From an uncultured delta proteobacterium (GTDB taxonomy: Bacteria > Desulfobacterota > Binatia > Binatales > Binataceae): a stretch of DNA of 64,000 nucleotides. Made by a program: the position numbers and the translations under genes. This document shows, one piece after another, positions 28,869-39,500 of the stretch. The stretch lies in contig CAVQEQ010000003.1 of assembly GCA_963711565.1 (NCBI GenBank), forward strand, positions 576,001 to 640,000, given 5' to 3'. Position 1 is the stretch's first letter, and each line of letters starts with the position of its first letter. The notes beneath the pieces are model-generated. The model ran no database searches, had not been told where the DNA came from, and saw only the letters and a list, made by a program, of their open reading frames with translations.

Positions 28869-28898
28869 TCGGCAGCCGAAGGAAGTGAGGTAGCAATC

Positions 28899-30041
28899 AT
28901 GGGAGTGTTGTCAGGCTATCGCGTCATCGAGCTGGCCGGGATTGGCCCCGGACCAATGTGTGCGATGCTGCTGTCGGACATGGGCGCGGACGTGCTCCGA
29001 ATCGATCGCGCAGCGGACGCCGGTTTGGGCATCGCAATGGATCCGAAGTACAGCCTGCTGAATCGCGGCCGCCGCTCGGTCGCATTCGATCTCAAAAAGC
29101 CCGAAGCGATCGAGGCCGTCCTGAAGCTGGTCGCGAAAGCCGACGCGTTGATCGAAGGTTTCCGTCCCGGCGTAACCGAGCGGCTCGGTCTCGGCCCCGA
29201 CGATTGCCTCAAGCGCAACCCGCGTCTCATCTATGGGCGCATGACGGGATGGGGCCAGGAGGGTCCGCTCGCGCATGCGGCCGGCCACGACATCAACTAC
29301 ATCGCGCTGTCGGGCGCGCTGCACAGCTTCGGGCGCAAAGGCGATGCTCCGGTTCCTCCGCTCAACCTGGTCGGCGATTTCGGCGGCGGCGCGCTTTACC
29401 TGGCTCTGGGAGTCGTCGCGGGCCTGCTCGAGGCGCAGAAGTCCGGCAAGGGTCAGGTGGTCGATGCGGCGATGGTCGATGGGGCCGCGTCGTTGATGAC
29501 CGCGATCTACGGCATGCACGGCTCTGGGTTCTGGAACAACGAGCGCGGCGACAACATCCTCGACACGGGAGCTCACTACTACGAAGTTTACGAAACCAAG
29601 GACGGCAAGTACGTCGCGATCGGATCGATCGAGGCGAAGTTCTATGCCGAGTTGCTCGAGAAGTCAGGGCTGAAGAGCGAAGAGCTTCCGCATCAGCAGG
29701 ATCGCAAGTCGTGGCCCAGGATGAAGGAGCGGCTGAAGACGCTGTTCCGTACGAAGACGCGTGACGAGTGGTGCAAAATAATGGAGGGCAGCGATATTTG
29801 CTTCGCGCCCGTGCTCAACATGGATGAAGCGCCGAAGCATCCGCACAATAAGCATCGCGGAACTTTCATCGAGGAAGGCGGAGTGACGCAGCCGGGACCC
29901 GCGCCTCGATTCTCGCGCACGCCGAGTAAGATTCAGCGCCCACCCGCGCGGCCGGGCGAGCATACCGTGGAAGCTCTGCGCGACTGGGGCTTCGCCGACT
30001 CGGATTTGGAGACGCTCCGCAAATGCGGCGCGATCACCTAG
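28899..30041 (+). CDS. Family III CoA-transferase / alpha-methylacyl-CoA racemase
   Basis: ELAGIGPGP, EGFRPGV, GHDINY, DFGGG (AMACR-type). Confidence 0.92.
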   Translation: MGVLSGYRVIELAGIGPGPMCAMLLSDMGADVLRIDRAADAGLGIAMDPKYSLLNRGRRSVAFDLKKPEAIEAVLKLVAKADALIEGFRPGVTERLGLGPDDCLKRNPRLIYGRMTGWGQEGPLAHAAGHDINYIALSGALHSFGRKGDAPVPPLNLVGDFGGGALYLALGVVAGLLEAQKSGKGQVVDAAMVDGAASLMTAIYGMHGSGFWNNERGDNILDTGAHYYEVYETKDGKYVAIGSIEAKFYAELLEKSGLKSEELPHQQDRKSWPRMKERLKTLFRTKTRDEWCKIMEGSDICFAPVLNMDEAPKHPHNKHRGTFIEEGGVTQPGPAPRFSRTPSKIQRPPARPGEHTVEALRDWGFADSDLETLRKCGAIT

Positions 30042-30064
30042 GCGCTTAGTTCGTCGAACAGCGC

Positions 30065-30391
30065 CTACTTCAGAGCGGAAAATGAGGTCGGCATCAGGAT
30101 GCTGTTGGTGATCGAGGCGACTATCGGGCCTTCGACTTCGCTCTTCGCCCGCGCCTCGATCCATTCGGGATCGGCAGCGAATGCGGCGAACTTCTTGTCG
30201 CGATCGGCCAGCGATTCCCATTGCAGCATATAAACCAGGTCGGAATTCGACTCACCGATCGCCACCGTCCAGAATCCGACCTGCTTGATGCCGTGCTTCT
30301 CGAACAAGCGGCAGGTGAGAGTGTCGAAGCGCTTCACGATCGCGGGCAAGCGTCCCGGCACGCAGTGATAAACGCGCAGCTCATAAACCAT
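30065..30391 (-). CDS. NIPSNAP family protein
   Basis: YELRVY..PG, GFW, DPEW, PTSFS. Confidence 0.9.
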   Translation of the reverse strand: MVYELRVYHCVPGRLPAIVKRFDTLTCRLFEKHGIKQVGFWTVAIGESNSDLVYMLQWESLADRDKKFAAFAADPEWIEARAKSEVEGPIVASITNSILMPTSFSALK

Positions 30392-30512
30392 CTCGTCTCC
30401 TCCTCAGCAAAGCGATTGATTACTGGACTCTCAATGCTATTGCCAGAGACTCAAGGAAACAGCCACCTGGCGCGCTGGCGCAGGCGGGGCTCGCTCAACT
30501 ATAAAATCGGGC

Positions 30513-31445
30513 ATGCGCCGATTTGATCGAATGCTTACCCGCGTCGCGATTCTTGCCGCGATCGTTCTGGTTGTCGATGTGACGCTGCCGACCCGCCCCG
30601 CTGCTGCCGGCGAGGCCGTCGCGCACACCATCGACGTAAACGGCGTGAGCCGTAACTACCTGCTCTACGTGCCGCCCGGGCAGAGTGGGAAACGTCTGCC
30701 GGCGTTCATCATGATGCACGGCAGCGGGAGCACTGCCGCGATGCAGGAACGCTACTCGAACCTCGATGCGTTCGCTCAGGCACACGGGCTTGTCGTCATG
30801 TATCCGAATGGAATCGACAAACACTGGAACGACGGGCGTGTGATCGGGCACGAGTCGATGGCGGACGACATCGCGTTCATGAAGGCGATGCTGGCGGAGG
30901 TCACGGCCCAGGGATTGATCGATCCCAAGCGAGTCTATGCGGCAGGGATTTCCAACGGCGGCTTCATGGCGCAGCACATGGCGTGTGTGATGCCCGACGC
31001 GCTGGCTGGAATCGCCGTGGTAGCGGCGACGCAGCCGGTCGATGCGGCGTGCCCGTCGCCGCACCCGATGCCCGTGATCTTCTTTCATGGCACCGCCGAC
31101 AAATTCGTTCCATTCGATGGCGGCCCGATCGCTCCGCAACTCGGTAATCGCGGCACCGCTATGAGCAATGCGCAGGCAGTCGCGATTTGGCAAAAGCGCA
31201 ACGGCTGCGGCCCTGCGCAAAAGACGCAGTTGCCCGTGAAGGACGATCCGATGCAGGTAACGGTCGAATCCTATTCCTGCCCTGCCGGGCGCGGATTGGA
31301 AGACGTGATCGTACAGGGCGGCGGCCATACATGGCCCGGCGCCCATCAGGGATGGCTGGCGACCAGAATCCTTGGACCGGTGACCGACAACATAGACGCC
31401 AACGACACGATGTGGACCTTCTTCCAGTCACAAGCCCCGAAGTGA
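30513..31445 (+). CDS. Secreted esterase, PHB depolymerase/LpqC family
   Basis: Signal peptide, MHGSG, GISNGG, HGTAD, GGHTWPG. Confidence 0.88.
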   Translation: MRRFDRMLTRVAILAAIVLVVDVTLPTRPAAAGEAVAHTIDVNGVSRNYLLYVPPGQSGKRLPAFIMMHGSGSTAAMQERYSNLDAFAQAHGLVVMYPNGIDKHWNDGRVIGHESMADDIAFMKAMLAEVTAQGLIDPKRVYAAGISNGGFMAQHMACVMPDALAGIAVVAATQPVDAACPSPHPMPVIFFHGTADKFVPFDGGPIAPQLGNRGTAMSNAQAVAIWQKRNGCGPAQKTQLPVKDDPMQVTVESYSCPAGRGLEDVIVQGGGHTWPGAHQGWLATRILGPVTDNIDANDTMWTFFQSQAPK

Positions 31446-31470
31446 GCGATCACCGAGCCAGCGTGAAGGC

Positions 31471-32379
31471 CTATGCGCGACCTGTGAGGCGGGCGCGCTC
31501 GAGAACGCCTTCGAAAATTCGCACCGCCACGGCGTCCACCAGCATCCCGCCCGCTCCTGCGGCGCCTGCGCCGTCGCGCGTTGCCGCCTGGTAGGCTTCG
31601 GACATTTTGCGCGCGTTTTCGATTTCGTGCGGCGTCGGCGCGAACACGTCGTTGGCGATTTCGATCTGACTCGGATGTATCGCCCATTTGCCGACGGCGC
31701 CGAGCGTCGCCGCCCACGTCGCCTCGCGCCGGTAGCCATCGGGATCCCTGAAGTTGCCGAATGGCCCATCGATCGCGTCGATACCGTTGGCGCGGCACGC
31801 TGTGATCATCCGCACGCGCGCGTGATGCCACATGTCGCCGGGATACCGCAGCGCCGGATCGCTCGCGACGCCGAAGCGCATGCCCTGGCTCGCCGACAGA
31901 TCGCCGAAGCCGAGGATGAGCGCCTCGAGCCGCGGCGACGCCGCCGCAATTTCTTCGACGTGCGCAAGCGCGGCGCTCTCCTCGATCAGCGCCTCAATAC
32001 CGATTTTGTTTTTGAGATGGAGCTTGGTCTCGAGCTGCGTCAACAGCGTGTCGAAGAACCAGATGTCGCGCGGCGCCTTGGGCTTCGGCACGATTATAAC
32101 GTCGAGTTTGTCGCCCGCGCCCTCGACGACTTCGATCACGTCGTCATGCGCCCAGTGGGTGTCGGCGCCGTTGACGCGCACCGCGCGAATCTTCTTGCCC
32201 CAATCGAGATTGCGCAGCGCATCGACGGCGTTCTTGCGCGCCGCTTCCTTCTGCGCCGGCGCGACCGCGTCTTCGAGATCGAGAAACACCATGTCGGCCG
32301 CGGTTGCCATCGCCTTTTCGATCATCTTGGGACTCGAAGCCGGCGTCGAAAGTTCGGACCGTCTTAGTCGAAGCGTCAT
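31471..32379 (-). CDS. CitE/malyl-CoA lyase family CoA-ester lyase
   Basis: RRSELSTP, DLEDAV, VRVN, LIE, GDLSAS, GKWAIHPSQ. Confidence 0.92.
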   Translation of the reverse strand: MTLRLRRSELSTPASSPKMIEKAMATAADMVFLDLEDAVAPAQKEAARKNAVDALRNLDWGKKIRAVRVNGADTHWAHDDVIEVVEGAGDKLDVIIVPKPKAPRDIWFFDTLLTQLETKLHLKNKIGIEALIEESAALAHVEEIAAASPRLEALILGFGDLSASQGMRFGVASDPALRYPGDMWHHARVRMITACRANGIDAIDGPFGNFRDPDGYRREATWAATLGAVGKWAIHPSQIEIANDVFAPTPHEIENARKMSEAYQAATRDGAGAAGAGGMLVDAVAVRIFEGVLERARLTGRA

Positions 32380-33575
32380 GATTGCTCCTTGTGCGCGACT
32401 GATATTCCCGCGTCAGCGAGCACCTGCGCGGTATGCTCGCCCAGGCGCGGCGCGCGGGCGTAAATTCCCGACGGCGTACGCGTCAGCTTGATCGGACATC
32501 CCGCGAGCACGATCGGCGGATTGTCGCCGGGCTGCTCGACCTCGACCAGCATGTCGCGCGTCCGCGGGTGCGGGTCCTCGAAAATATCTTTGGCCGTGTT
32601 GACCGGACCCACCGGCACCTTGCCGCCGATCGCATCGACGATTTCGCGCGTGCTGTGTGCCGGCGTCCATTCGGTGAGAATGCCGCGCACGAACTCGGCG
32701 TTGGCGACCCGCTTGTGAACGTTGCGCGTGCGATTGTCGGTCGCAAGTTCAGGCCGGCCGATCGCGTCGCAAAGAATCTTCCAGTGATTTTCGCCAGGCG
32801 CCGCGATCGCGACGGCGCCGTCGCGCGTCGGAAAAATATCGAATGGACACAGCACCGGCGTCCCGTTGCCGCCCGGTTCGCGAATGATGCCGGCACCCGA
32901 GTAGCTGTAAACGATCATCTCGCACAGCGCGAGAATCGCGTCGTACATCGCCACGTCGAGGAACTGCCCCTGCCCAGTCCGCCGCGCCGCATGAACGGCA
33001 GCCACGACTCCCAGCGCGGCGAGCGTGCCGGGATAAATGTCGCCGACCGCGGGACCGGCTTTGTAGCCACCGCCGTCTTGCGGACCCGTGACCGCGACCA
33101 GCCCGCCCATGCTCTGCGCGACGATATCGAAAGCGGGCCAATCCGCGTACGGACTCGCGCCGGTGCGCGGATCGCCGAAGCCGCGAATCGCCGCATAAAC
33201 GAGCGCCGGTTTGATTACGCGCAACCGCTCGTAACTGATTCCCGCGCGATCCATCACGCCAGTCTTCGCGTTCTCGACGACCGCATCCGCCGTCTGCACC
33301 AGTCTGAAGAAACTCTCGCGGTCCGCGTCGGTCTTGATGTCGAGCACGACGCTGCGCTTGTTGCGATTGACGCTCGCGAAATATCCGCCGTAGTCGCATC
33401 CTTTTCGATCGGGCGGAAGCGGTCCCAGGCTGCGGCTCATGTCGCCCGCGGGCGGCTCGACCTTGATCACCTCGGCGCCAAGATCGGCCAGCAGCATCGT
33501 GCAATACGGACCGGCCAGCGCCTGCGTCAGATCGAGCACGCGAACGTCCGAAAGCGGTCCCGTGCGTGCCTTCAT
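32376..33575 (-). CDS. Family III (CaiB/BaiF) CoA-transferase
   Basis: DLTQALAGP, NRNKRS, AFDIVAQSMGG, catalytic-Asp region VGDIYPG; ATGA overlaps at both ends. Confidence 0.93.
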   Translation of the reverse strand: MKARTGPLSDVRVLDLTQALAGPYCTMLLADLGAEVIKVEPPAGDMSRSLGPLPPDRKGCDYGGYFASVNRNKRSVVLDIKTDADRESFFRLVQTADAVVENAKTGVMDRAGISYERLRVIKPALVYAAIRGFGDPRTGASPYADWPAFDIVAQSMGGLVAVTGPQDGGGYKAGPAVGDIYPGTLAALGVVAAVHAARRTGQGQFLDVAMYDAILALCEMIVYSYSGAGIIREPGGNGTPVLCPFDIFPTRDGAVAIAAPGENHWKILCDAIGRPELATDNRTRNVHKRVANAEFVRGILTEWTPAHSTREIVDAIGGKVPVGPVNTAKDIFEDPHPRTRDMLVEVEQPGDNPPIVLAGCPIKLTRTPSGIYARAPRLGEHTAQVLADAGISVAHKEQS

Positions 33576-34057
33576 CGACTGCCCCAATGCGACCGCCGCT
33601 TGATCAGCACGGTGCGCTCGCCTTCGAAGACGACCGTCCCATCATGCTTGGTGCCCCAATGTTTGAAGCGCACGATGCCGGCGTCATCGCGATCGGCATC
33701 GCGCTTCTCGATCACTTCGCTGTAGGCGTAAAGCGTGTCGCCATGGAATACCGGCGAGGTGAATCTGATTCCTGTAAGACCGAGTTCCGCAAGCGCATTT
33801 TCTCCGGTGTCCTGCGTTGCCAGCCCGATGCATACCGAGCCGGTGATAAGCCCGAAGACGAGGCGCTGGCCGAATTGCGTCGACCGCATGCGATGTTCGT
33901 TGTAGTGGCCGTCGGCGGTGTTCAGCACAAGCTTCGTGAGCATCTGGTTTTCGATCTCGCCGATGGTAGTGCCGCGCGCGTGACGCATCTTCGCGCCGAC
34001 TTCGAAGTCTTCAAAGTAATTCCCCGTGCCCGTCAGTTTCGAGATCGATGTACTCAC
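33572..34057 (-). CDS. MaoC-family (hot-dog) dehydratase
   Basis: YFEDFEVG, HYN, PVFHGDTL; GTG start overlapping the ACAD stop. Confidence 0.88.
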   Translation of the reverse strand: MSTSISKLTGTGNYFEDFEVGAKMRHARGTTIGEIENQMLTKLVLNTADGHYNEHRMRSTQFGQRLVFGLITGSVCIGLATQDTGENALAELGLTGIRFTSPVFHGDTLYAYSEVIEKRDADRDDAGIVRFKHWGTKHDGTVVFEGERTVLIKRRSHWGSR

Positions 34058-35229
34058 TTTCTTACCTTCGGCAGCAGGCGGTCGGAGATGATCCGCAACT
34101 GGATTTCGGAAGTGCCTTCGAAAATTTTTGTCAGACGCGCGTCGCGCCAGTAGCGCTCGAGCGGAAAGTCCTTGGTGTAGCCGTAGCCGCCGTGAATCTG
34201 CAGCGCCTGGCTGGTCACGCGCTCGGCCATCTCGGAGGCGAACAGCTTCGCCATCGAGGCCTCTTTGTCGCATCGCCGCTTGCTGTCAACTTCGGTGGCG
34301 ACGAAATACATAAGCTGGCGCGCGGCTTCTATCTCGGTCGCCATCTCGGCCAGCTTGAAACGAATCGCCTGGAACTCTCCAATCGGCTGTCCGAACGCGA
34401 CGCGCTTCTGCGCATATGCCAGCGAGTCTTCGAGGCCGCCGCGCGCAAGCCCGATCGCACGCGCCGCGGTGTGCACGCGCGCCACCTCGAGTCCGCTGAC
34501 CGCGCCGTAGAATCCCTTGCCCTCGCCGCGATCCTCGCGCTCGCGGCCGAGCAGCGCGTCGGCGGGCAACTTGAAGTTGTCGAAGTGCAGCTCCCACGTC
34601 TTCCAGCCGAAGTAACCTATCTTGCGAATCGGCGAGCCGGTCAGCCCCGGCGGAAATTTGCCTCGCTCCTTGAGGACTAGAAATTGACTGATGCCTTCAT
34701 GGCGACGGCGCGGATCGGACGGCTGCTTGGTGCGCGCCAGTACCGAGATGAAATCCGCACCGTCGGCAAAAGTGCACCAGGTCTTGGTGCCGTTGAGCAT
34801 CCAGCCGTCGCCGTCGCGCGTCGCCTTGCAGGAGACGTTGGCGAGATCGGAGCCCGCATCCGGCTCCGACAGCGCGGCCGCGCCCAGAAATTCTCCGCGC
34901 GCCATCCGAGGCAGATATTCGCGACGCTGCGCCGCCGTGAAGCCGCCGCCGAGTCCGTTACCGCGCGCGATGATGCTCGCGACGCTCATCCACGCGCGCG
35001 CAAGTTCCTCGGTGATCAGCGCATACTCGAACGCGCCCAAGCCAAGCCCGCCGTATTCCTCCGGGATGACGACGCCGAAGTAGCCCATCTCCGCGAGTTT
35101 GTCGCGGAGCGCCATCGGGATATCGCCCTGCTCGGGATCGAGCTTGTTCGCGATGGGCAGAACCTCGTTCATCGCGAACTCGCGCGCCGCATTCTGAATC
35201 ATCCGCCGCTCGTCGGTCATGTAACTCAC
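34054..35229 (-). CDS. Acyl-CoA dehydrogenase
   Basis: PEEYGGLG, ALSEPDAGSD, GTKTW, QIHGGYGY, IFEGTSEI. Confidence 0.95.
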   Translation of the reverse strand: MSYMTDERRMIQNAAREFAMNEVLPIANKLDPEQGDIPMALRDKLAEMGYFGVVIPEEYGGLGLGAFEYALITEELARAWMSVASIIARGNGLGGGFTAAQRREYLPRMARGEFLGAAALSEPDAGSDLANVSCKATRDGDGWMLNGTKTWCTFADGADFISVLARTKQPSDPRRRHEGISQFLVLKERGKFPPGLTGSPIRKIGYFGWKTWELHFDNFKLPADALLGREREDRGEGKGFYGAVSGLEVARVHTAARAIGLARGGLEDSLAYAQKRVAFGQPIGEFQAIRFKLAEMATEIEAARQLMYFVATEVDSKRRCDKEASMAKLFASEMAERVTSQALQIHGGYGYTKDFPLERYWRDARLTKIFEGTSEIQLRIISDRLLPKVRK

Positions 35230-35720
35230 AATGGCGCTCCTCTGCGTTTGGCGACGAGGTTGGTGCGCTCGTAGCTGATGACGAGTTCGTCGCGTTGATT
35301 GCGCGCCTCGGTGCGCCAGGTGACGATCCCGAAATTGCCGCGGCTGGCAGATTCGCGCGTCGAGACCACAGTACTGCGCGCCCTCAACGTATCGCCGGGA
35401 TAGACGGAACGATGAAATTCGAGCCCGTTGATGCCGAGAAACGGGCCGCCCGCCTCGCTCAAGTCCTCGACCGAGATGCCGACCACCGTGCACGCGACCA
35501 GCATCGGATTGACGACCACGTCGGGATGGCCGTGAGCGCGCGCGTACTCGGCGTTGAAGTAGAGCGGGCAGTGCGCGAGCGTCGCGGTGGTGAACAGCGA
35601 ATTGTCGCCGGCATTGATCGTGCGCCCCCAATGATGCTCGAAGACCTGGCCCTCGTGGAATTCCTCGAAGGAGTGGCCTTTGTGCACGAGCTTGAACTGA
35701 GTGAAATCGGGATCCGCCAT
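35226..35720 (-). CDS. MaoC-family (hot-dog) dehydratase
   Basis: FEEFHEGQ, HWGRT, PLYFN, VYPGDTL. Confidence 0.88.
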   Translation of the reverse strand: MADPDFTQFKLVHKGHSFEEFHEGQVFEHHWGRTINAGDNSLFTTATLAHCPLYFNAEYARAHGHPDVVVNPMLVACTVVGISVEDLSEAGGPFLGINGLEFHRSVYPGDTLRARSTVVSTRESASRGNFGIVTWRTEARNQRDELVISYERTNLVAKRRGAPL

Positions 35721-35823
35721 AAACCAGGCTCCTACTGTTCACAACTATTGCACGGACCCGCCGCTTCCAGAAAATGGTCGAATCGTGCAAGATGGCGCTG
35801 ACTCACAACCATCGGAGACTCAG

Positions 35824-36543
35824 ATGAAGACAGAGACAGTTGAATACAAGGACGCAGACGTAACCCTTCGCGGCTATCTCGCTTTCGACGACAAAAAGGC
35901 GGGCAAGCGCCCCGGAGTTCTCGTGATGCCGGAGGCGTTCGGACTCGGCGAGCATGCAAAGAAGCGCGCCGAACGGCTGGCGGAGCTTGGCTACGTCGCT
36001 TTCGCGGGCGACCCTTACGGCAACGGAGTCGAGGTCGCAAGCCTGCCGGAGGCAATGAGGCTTGCGACGCCGCTGTTTTCTGACCCATCGAAACTTCGCA
36101 AACGCGGACGTGCCGCGCTCGATCATCTCGCGTCAATTCCGCAGACCGACGCCGGACGGTTGGCAGCGATCGGATTCTGTATGGGTGGCACATTTTCGTT
36201 GGAGCTCGCTCGCGAGGGCGCACCGCTTAGGGGAATCGTCAGCTTTCACGGCGGCCTGCAGACGCAGCGACCAGCCGAAGCTGGAAAGGTCAAAGCGAAG
36301 ATTCTTGTTTGCACCGGCGCCGATGACACTTTGATTCCCGTCGAGCAGGTCAACGCCTTCGAGGCTGAGATGATCAAGGCCGGCGCGGACTGGCAGGTGA
36401 TCACCTACGGCGGCGCAAAGCACAGCTTCACGAATCCGAATTCGGACAGCATTGGGATGCCCGGCATCGGATATAACAAGCTGGTCGATGCGCGATCGTG
36501 GAAAGCTATGACCGACTTCTTCGAGGAAATATTTGCAGCCTAG
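35824..36543 (+). CDS. Dienelactone hydrolase family protein
   Basis: PEAFGL, GFCMGG, SFHG, HSFT. Confidence 0.92.
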   Translation: MKTETVEYKDADVTLRGYLAFDDKKAGKRPGVLVMPEAFGLGEHAKKRAERLAELGYVAFAGDPYGNGVEVASLPEAMRLATPLFSDPSKLRKRGRAALDHLASIPQTDAGRLAAIGFCMGGTFSLELAREGAPLRGIVSFHGGLQTQRPAEAGKVKAKILVCTGADDTLIPVEQVNAFEAEMIKAGADWQVITYGGAKHSFTNPNSDSIGMPGIGYNKLVDARSWKAMTDFFEEIFAA

Positions 36544-39500
36544 CTGCTAGAACTCTTCCTGGTGCGAGTCTTTGCAGGTATGGGCTTAGCCTTGTCGGCC
36601 GGCTCGGCGCGATTCCCAGCGGTCGCCAACGCCAGCATCATGATCAGAGTCATCAAAACGGCGCTGGCTGTGGACAAATAGTATGACCACCGACGGATAA
36701 AAGTAGGACGCAACTCGACTAAGACATTGTGCGTGCCGGCTGGAAGGTTGAAGGTGATCTCGCCGCTATTCGCAGCGGGAGATGTCGTAACCTTATGGTC
36801 GTCGACGAGCACCGTCCATCCGGGATAGTCGAAAACCGAGTCCTGCATCAGCGCGGGCCCGCTCGCATCGACCTTGAACGATTGGCTATTCGAGCTGACG
36901 CCGAGTTGAGACACTATCGGTGCGGATCGCACACCTTTGAGCAGGACGCTGTCGAATTTGGGACGGTAAAGCACAGTCCGTGGCTCGTACTCTTCACGAG
37001 TCGTCGTGTTTAACCCCTTCTGAGCGATTAGCTCAGCATTGTAGTAAGCTTCATCATAGGTCTGAATTCCCTTTGGTTGGGTGTGCGCGACATTGAGTAG
37101 AACTACGGCTGCGATCGCGACATATGTCAGCCGAGGGCCAATGCGATCGAAGACATAGAGCGCCAGCAACGGCATGAACAACGCCGGAACGCATAGAGTG
37201 CGCCACGGATAGGCCAGGTATTGAAGCGTATCGAAGTTCGCCCAAATAGACCACGACAGATCGGTAGCTAAGAGCGCAAAGACCATCGACACGGCGGCAA
37301 AGAGCATCGCGTCCAGCCGGCGGGTGCGGCTTGCCGCGCGCATCGCAACGACGAGACCGGCCACGGCCAAGGCTATGTGTACGAGCCCGAGTGAATACGA
37401 GATTCCGTTCGTAGGACCGCGCGACGCATAGCCGTATCCCCATGGCGACCAGAACAACTGGGATGGCGATATTATGTAGTTCGTCCAATTCAGAAAGCCG
37501 ATGCGCAGAAGATCGGTTTTGACAAACTCACGTTCAAGCAACGCGGGAAGCCAGAAGAAAGCACTAAGTGCCAGTCCGCCGACGAGCACGGAAGCGCCGG
37601 CCACGGCAGTTTTCAACCGATGGTCAGAGACGGCGGCGCGGACGGCCACCAACGCCGCGAATGCGGGAAACATCAGCAGCGCGATCGCGTTATGCGCCAG
37701 TGGCAGCATCGCGACCGCGAGCGCGCCGAGCACCACAGTGACTACCGTCGGGCGCTGAATAGCTGTGATCAACCCGAGCAACGCCACGGGAGCTACCGCA
37801 ATCGCAGCCGACTCGGCAAATCGACCACACACGTAGATATCGAGAGCCTGATAGGGGGCGAATAGCCATGCGGCCGCGGCGCCGATTGAGGCGATACGAG
37901 AAAAAGAGAGATTGCGACCGATCAGAAAGATTGCGATCGCGCCGAGAGCGAACAAAATCGCCAGTCCAAATTGAAGTGAATTCGCCCGCGACAAACCGGC
38001 CCTGAAGAAAGGCAACGCCATCGCGTAGATCAGCGGCGGTGCGAATTCGAATAACGGCTGACCGTGGCCCGCGCCAAGGTCCGGCGCCCATACCGGCGGG
38101 AATTGATGGTCGCCCAGAATTTTAGCGAATTCAGTCAGCCGCGGCGGGTACTCGAGCGAGTCGTGGCCATCGAGCAGGTTGCCGCTGAATAGCGCGCGCG
38201 TGAAGAGCAGGATCAAGACCGCAAGCGCGAGCGCTGTGCGGGTGCGGGGAGTATCCCAGGATGTCGCCAACTCGGCTAGTCGCGCGCTAATCCTGCGTTC
38301 CCTCGCAGCGTAGTTGGGCCTGCGCATAGCTGGCGCGATCAAACCGACCAGGATAAATCCGGCGAGCAACAATATCGGCTTGATCGCACCTGGATGGTAG
38401 CGCACTACGATCTGATGTTCGCCGGGAGTGACTGGTATCGCGCAGAAGTTGGGATAGACGCGAAAGATTGGCGCCGCCTTTCCGTCAACGGTGGCTTGCT
38501 GGCCGGGAAAGTAGGTGATCTTGAGCAGTGCATAGCACGGTCGTAGGACTGCCAGCCGCGCACTATAGGTCTCACCTTCCTTGCTTTCAGATATTACTTC
38601 GCCGCGCGAAGTCGAAAATCCTGGATCGAGCGGAGGCAGCGCTTGGAACATCTTCCATTCAGGCACTCCTTTGAGATCGCCACCTAATGCGACCACCGCG
38701 CCGGCTCGCACCGCAGGGTCGTTCATCCAATTCCAGTCGCGGTTAAGCACGGTAGTTAGTGGACCGTCATAACGCGCACCGATATCTACAAGGCCGAAAT
38801 AACCTTCGCTTGAGGCCTCGTAAACCGCGAGATTGCCGTGAACCGCGCGACGCTTGAAGTAAGAGGGCACCGCTTGGGTCGTGGGCGCCAGCACCGCCCG
38901 CATCGCGAACAGCCGGGCCTGGTAAGGATCGTGGTCATCGATCTCCGCCGTCACGTCTGAGCTCCACGACAAGCTGTGATAGAGAAAGCTGAGCTCATCG
39001 AACCCCGCCAGCGTGAGTAAGGAATACGGCTGCATCCTGGCGATTTGGAAATGAGAGGCCCAACCCCCCGTAGGACCGCACCACACGCGGCCCGGCCGCT
39101 CGCGCAGGATCGTGCCGATGTCGGCAAGCGACGCCTCCAGATCGCCGCCCTCGACCACAATTGCGGCGAGACTCTCGTCTCCCCATTGGTTGTTCAGCTT
39201 CAGGTAACTCGCGCGTTCGGTGAAAATCACGATCGCCATGGCGCCCAGAGCGATCGCCGTTACGAGCTTGGCTGCGTGGCCGGCCCGCCAGGCGGCCGCG
39301 ACTCCTTTGGCCAGCGCCCAGGCCGTCAGCAGCACCGCAAACATTTCGAATACCGACTCAAAGCGGCTGACGTGAAAGGTGCCGGGCAGTCCCAGCGCGA
39401 GCATGAAATATCCCCAGGTCGTGCGGCCGAAAAAAATCGCGAGCCACACCGCGGTGAGAACGAGCAGACGTCGCGGCATCGGCCTCTTCCAGCGATACAA

